Source: Psammoneis japonica
Lineage: Eukaryota
DNA: 64,000 nucleotides
Reading direction: 5' to 3'
Assembly: GCA_008632985.1 (NCBI GenBank)
Contig: QPGO01000009.1
Coordinates: forward strand, 310,001-374,000
Shown: positions 61,665 to 64,000 of the stretch, piece after piece
Layout: every line of letters begins with the position of its first letter
Numbering within the stretch: the first letter of the stretch is position 1
Position numbers and translations under genes: made by a program
Notes under the pieces: model-generated
What the model was told of the DNA's origin: nothing
The model's database searches: none
Seen by the model: only the letters and a program-made list of their open reading frames with translations

Positions 61665-64000
61665 TGTTACGACTTTGTCGTTGTGAAAATTATGAGCTAG
61701 TTTAGAGTAGAGAAAGTGGGATCGTGCGAATAGGGAATCTTGCCAAATCCCTATTCGTTCGCATTTGGATCGTATTAAATCGATCGTGCGTTCGCATTGT
61801 GGATCGTGCGAATCAAGCCATCACGCGCCATGCACGAGTGATGTCATCGTGTGGAATCACGCTACCATCGTGGGCCAGACGACGGGCCAGTGTGCTTCAC
61901 ACGGACGCTCTCTTAGCATCCTTCTGGAATTGCCTAAGACCTAGAGCCACGCCCTCCTGTGGTCGTGCTTCCCAGGTGCGTGTCAACAATGCTGCGTTGC
62001 CACGCACAAGAGGCTCATGCACGGTCTCGCCGTGTTGTCCAGCAGCGAGGCATGCTGCACACTCCCCCATGATCAGGGCCGTCAAGTGACAGGATGTCTC
62101 ACTGGTGATGGGGTGCAATCTGCCGTAGATTGCACGCATCTGTCAGCACTCCGTTCTGGACACGCAACGTGCCGTTGTCACATGCACGGACAACTCTGGC
62201 GGGTCTTGCACAGCTGTCAGAACTGCATTTAGAGGATTGTTCCTGTTTGACAAGTGCCAATTGCCCTGCGGCACATTGACACTCCTTGCATTTCTGATTT
62301 TCACGCTTGTTGTTTAAGTGGACAAGCTTCTGCTTTCTGGTTTCTATGTGCTTCCACTTGGCATGATGGGCAATGGATGAAACCGCATCGCGTCCGAAGA
62401 CCAATTGCACGGGACTTGCACGCGTGGTCGTGTGTGCCACAGCTCTGGCAGCGAAGGCTGCTGCGGAGAGGATGCCACTCCATGGGTCATCTTTGTCCAG
62501 TTCCACATCCTGCACTGAAAAGGAACGCACCATGTCACCAAGTGTCTGGTGCACACGTTCCACTGTGGCATTTGCCTGTGGACTCCGCTCACTTGTGGGT
62601 TTCTTCAAAATCCCACAGTCATTTTTAATCATCTGGCTGAATTCTGCCACAAATTCTGTCCCACGGTCATGAGCCACCTGGGTTGGCCATGGACATCTGC
62701 ATGGCCACGTTTGTTCCACGACGTTTGCTGCGACGTCTGCGCGTTTCGCAGACACTTCTTTAATCTCGAACCACCCGGTTGCTGGGTCAATCATTGTAAC
62801 TGCCCACAATTGCAAGGTGTCCTTTCCGCGTCTTTGAATTTTATGTGGCCCTGTCACATCTGTGCACAGAGTCTCCCATGGAATTGTCTCTGCAACCTTT
62901 TCTGGTGGCTTCCCATGACGCTGCGTTCGGCGTTTTGTCTTCTGGCATCGACCGCACTTGACGCACGTAGAATGCACCGTAGACCTCACACCAGGCCAAC
63001 AGAAGTGCTGGGCAACAGACATTTCCGTGCGTGTCTCACCTGGATGACACAGTGTCTCGTGGTGCCATTCAGTTAGCGGAACCTGCAATGACTGTGGTGC
63101 TGCGATTTTGTCCTTGTGACAGACCAACTGTCGTGATGACCCTCCCCCACGATGCGCGCGAATGGAGCAGTCGGACAAGTCCTCAGCTCTTGAGAGCAGG
63201 CGCTTGTCCTTTTGTTGTGCTTTTTGAATGCGCTTGAAGCTGACAGGCAGAGACAGCTCATCTTGCGCGTCTGCATTAAAAGCTTCATGCAAAGGACGAC
63301 TCGATGGAGTGTCTTTTGCATCTGGATTAGCTTCGGAAGGCAAGCTGGGTGCCAGTCGAAGGCGACTGAGAGCGTCAGCGACCAGGTCATGGGTGCCCTT
63401 AACACAGCGTGATTCGGGACCGCATTCTTTGCATGTTGACCGCCAGCGCATGACGCGCTCGGCATTGAATGCTTTGCACGTAAGATTTTTATGATCAGTG
63501 TGTGTAATTGTACGATGACCAAGGAGAATCGTTCGAAATTCTTTCAATGTCTCCACAATGGCAAGCAATTCTCTCTCCGTTGTTGCACAATTTAATTGCG
63601 CACTGTTGAGCTTTCTGCTGTAAAAGGCGACAGGTTTGTCATCTTGGGACACAACTGCTCCCAATTGACATTTAGAGGCATCGGCACGCATCTCAAAGGG
63701 TTTGTTAAAATCAGGATGTGATGACAAAACATCTTCCGACATCACCCGTTTAACAGTTTCGAACGCCTCGTCTTCAACGGACGTCCACTGCCACTTAACA
63801 GTCTCGCTTGCGAGTCGTGTCAGTGGAGCCAAGACTTCAGAACGTCTAATCCATGTGTCGCGGCAGCAGTTCACCATGCCAACAAATGAACATAGGTCGC
63901 GTTCATTGGCTGGGGTCGCGATTCGCTCAATGGCGTCGACTTTGTTGGGTGTTGGTCGCATTCCGTCTCTGTTGACCAGATGACCCAAGTGTTCTAATTG
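61665..64000 (-). mobile_element. Second Ty3/Gypsy element, 3' part: RT end, RNase H, integrase, PPT and putative 3' LTR (62061-61665)
   Basis: ORF 62099..63988 (DASK, PVAFYSRKL, TDHKNL, HETLCHPG, SPQANATVERVH); minus-strand PPT GGGGGAG at 62068-62062 followed by TG; candidate terminal ..TAACA at 61665. Confidence 0.88.

Larger units (their letters stand above)
58500..64000. other. Hypermutated domain 3: TpA depleted, runs off the window
   Basis: TA is rare apart from ~61665-61960; Tyr-poor ORFs. Confidence 0.85.

Overview
Eukaryotic nuclear DNA, most likely from a diatom (inferred from short GT-AG introns, an ASAFAP-like plastid-targeting motif, and diatom-type myosin and Gypsy gag). Ordinary genes (DUF1350 hydrolase, RWD protein, GST, NDUFA6, myosin, FG-GAP protein, KRR1) alternate with three sharply bounded domains (~9.6-19.9 kb, ~34.8-43.2 kb, ~58.5-64 kb) in which the TpA dinucleotide is largely absent. 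These domains hold two Ty3/Gypsy LTR retrotransposons, a Sola-like transposase remnant, a ~180-bp satellite, and dead copies of host genes (pescadillo, recA). Conserved Tyr codons have become Cys/His/Arg. The two LTRs of one element differ only by transitions at TA/TG/CA/CG sites. The truncated copies in a local duplication carry TA->TG/CA changes relative to their longer partners. Together this points to a repeat-directed TpA->TpG/CpA (A-to-G on both strands) hypermutation process, opposite in direction to fungal RIP. The window also contains a disrupted R-S-E clade ADP-ribosyltransferase toxin-like gene, a C5-methyltransferase remnant, a MITE and several tandem repeats. Single-base frameshifts in conserved genes suggest residual assembly indel errors.
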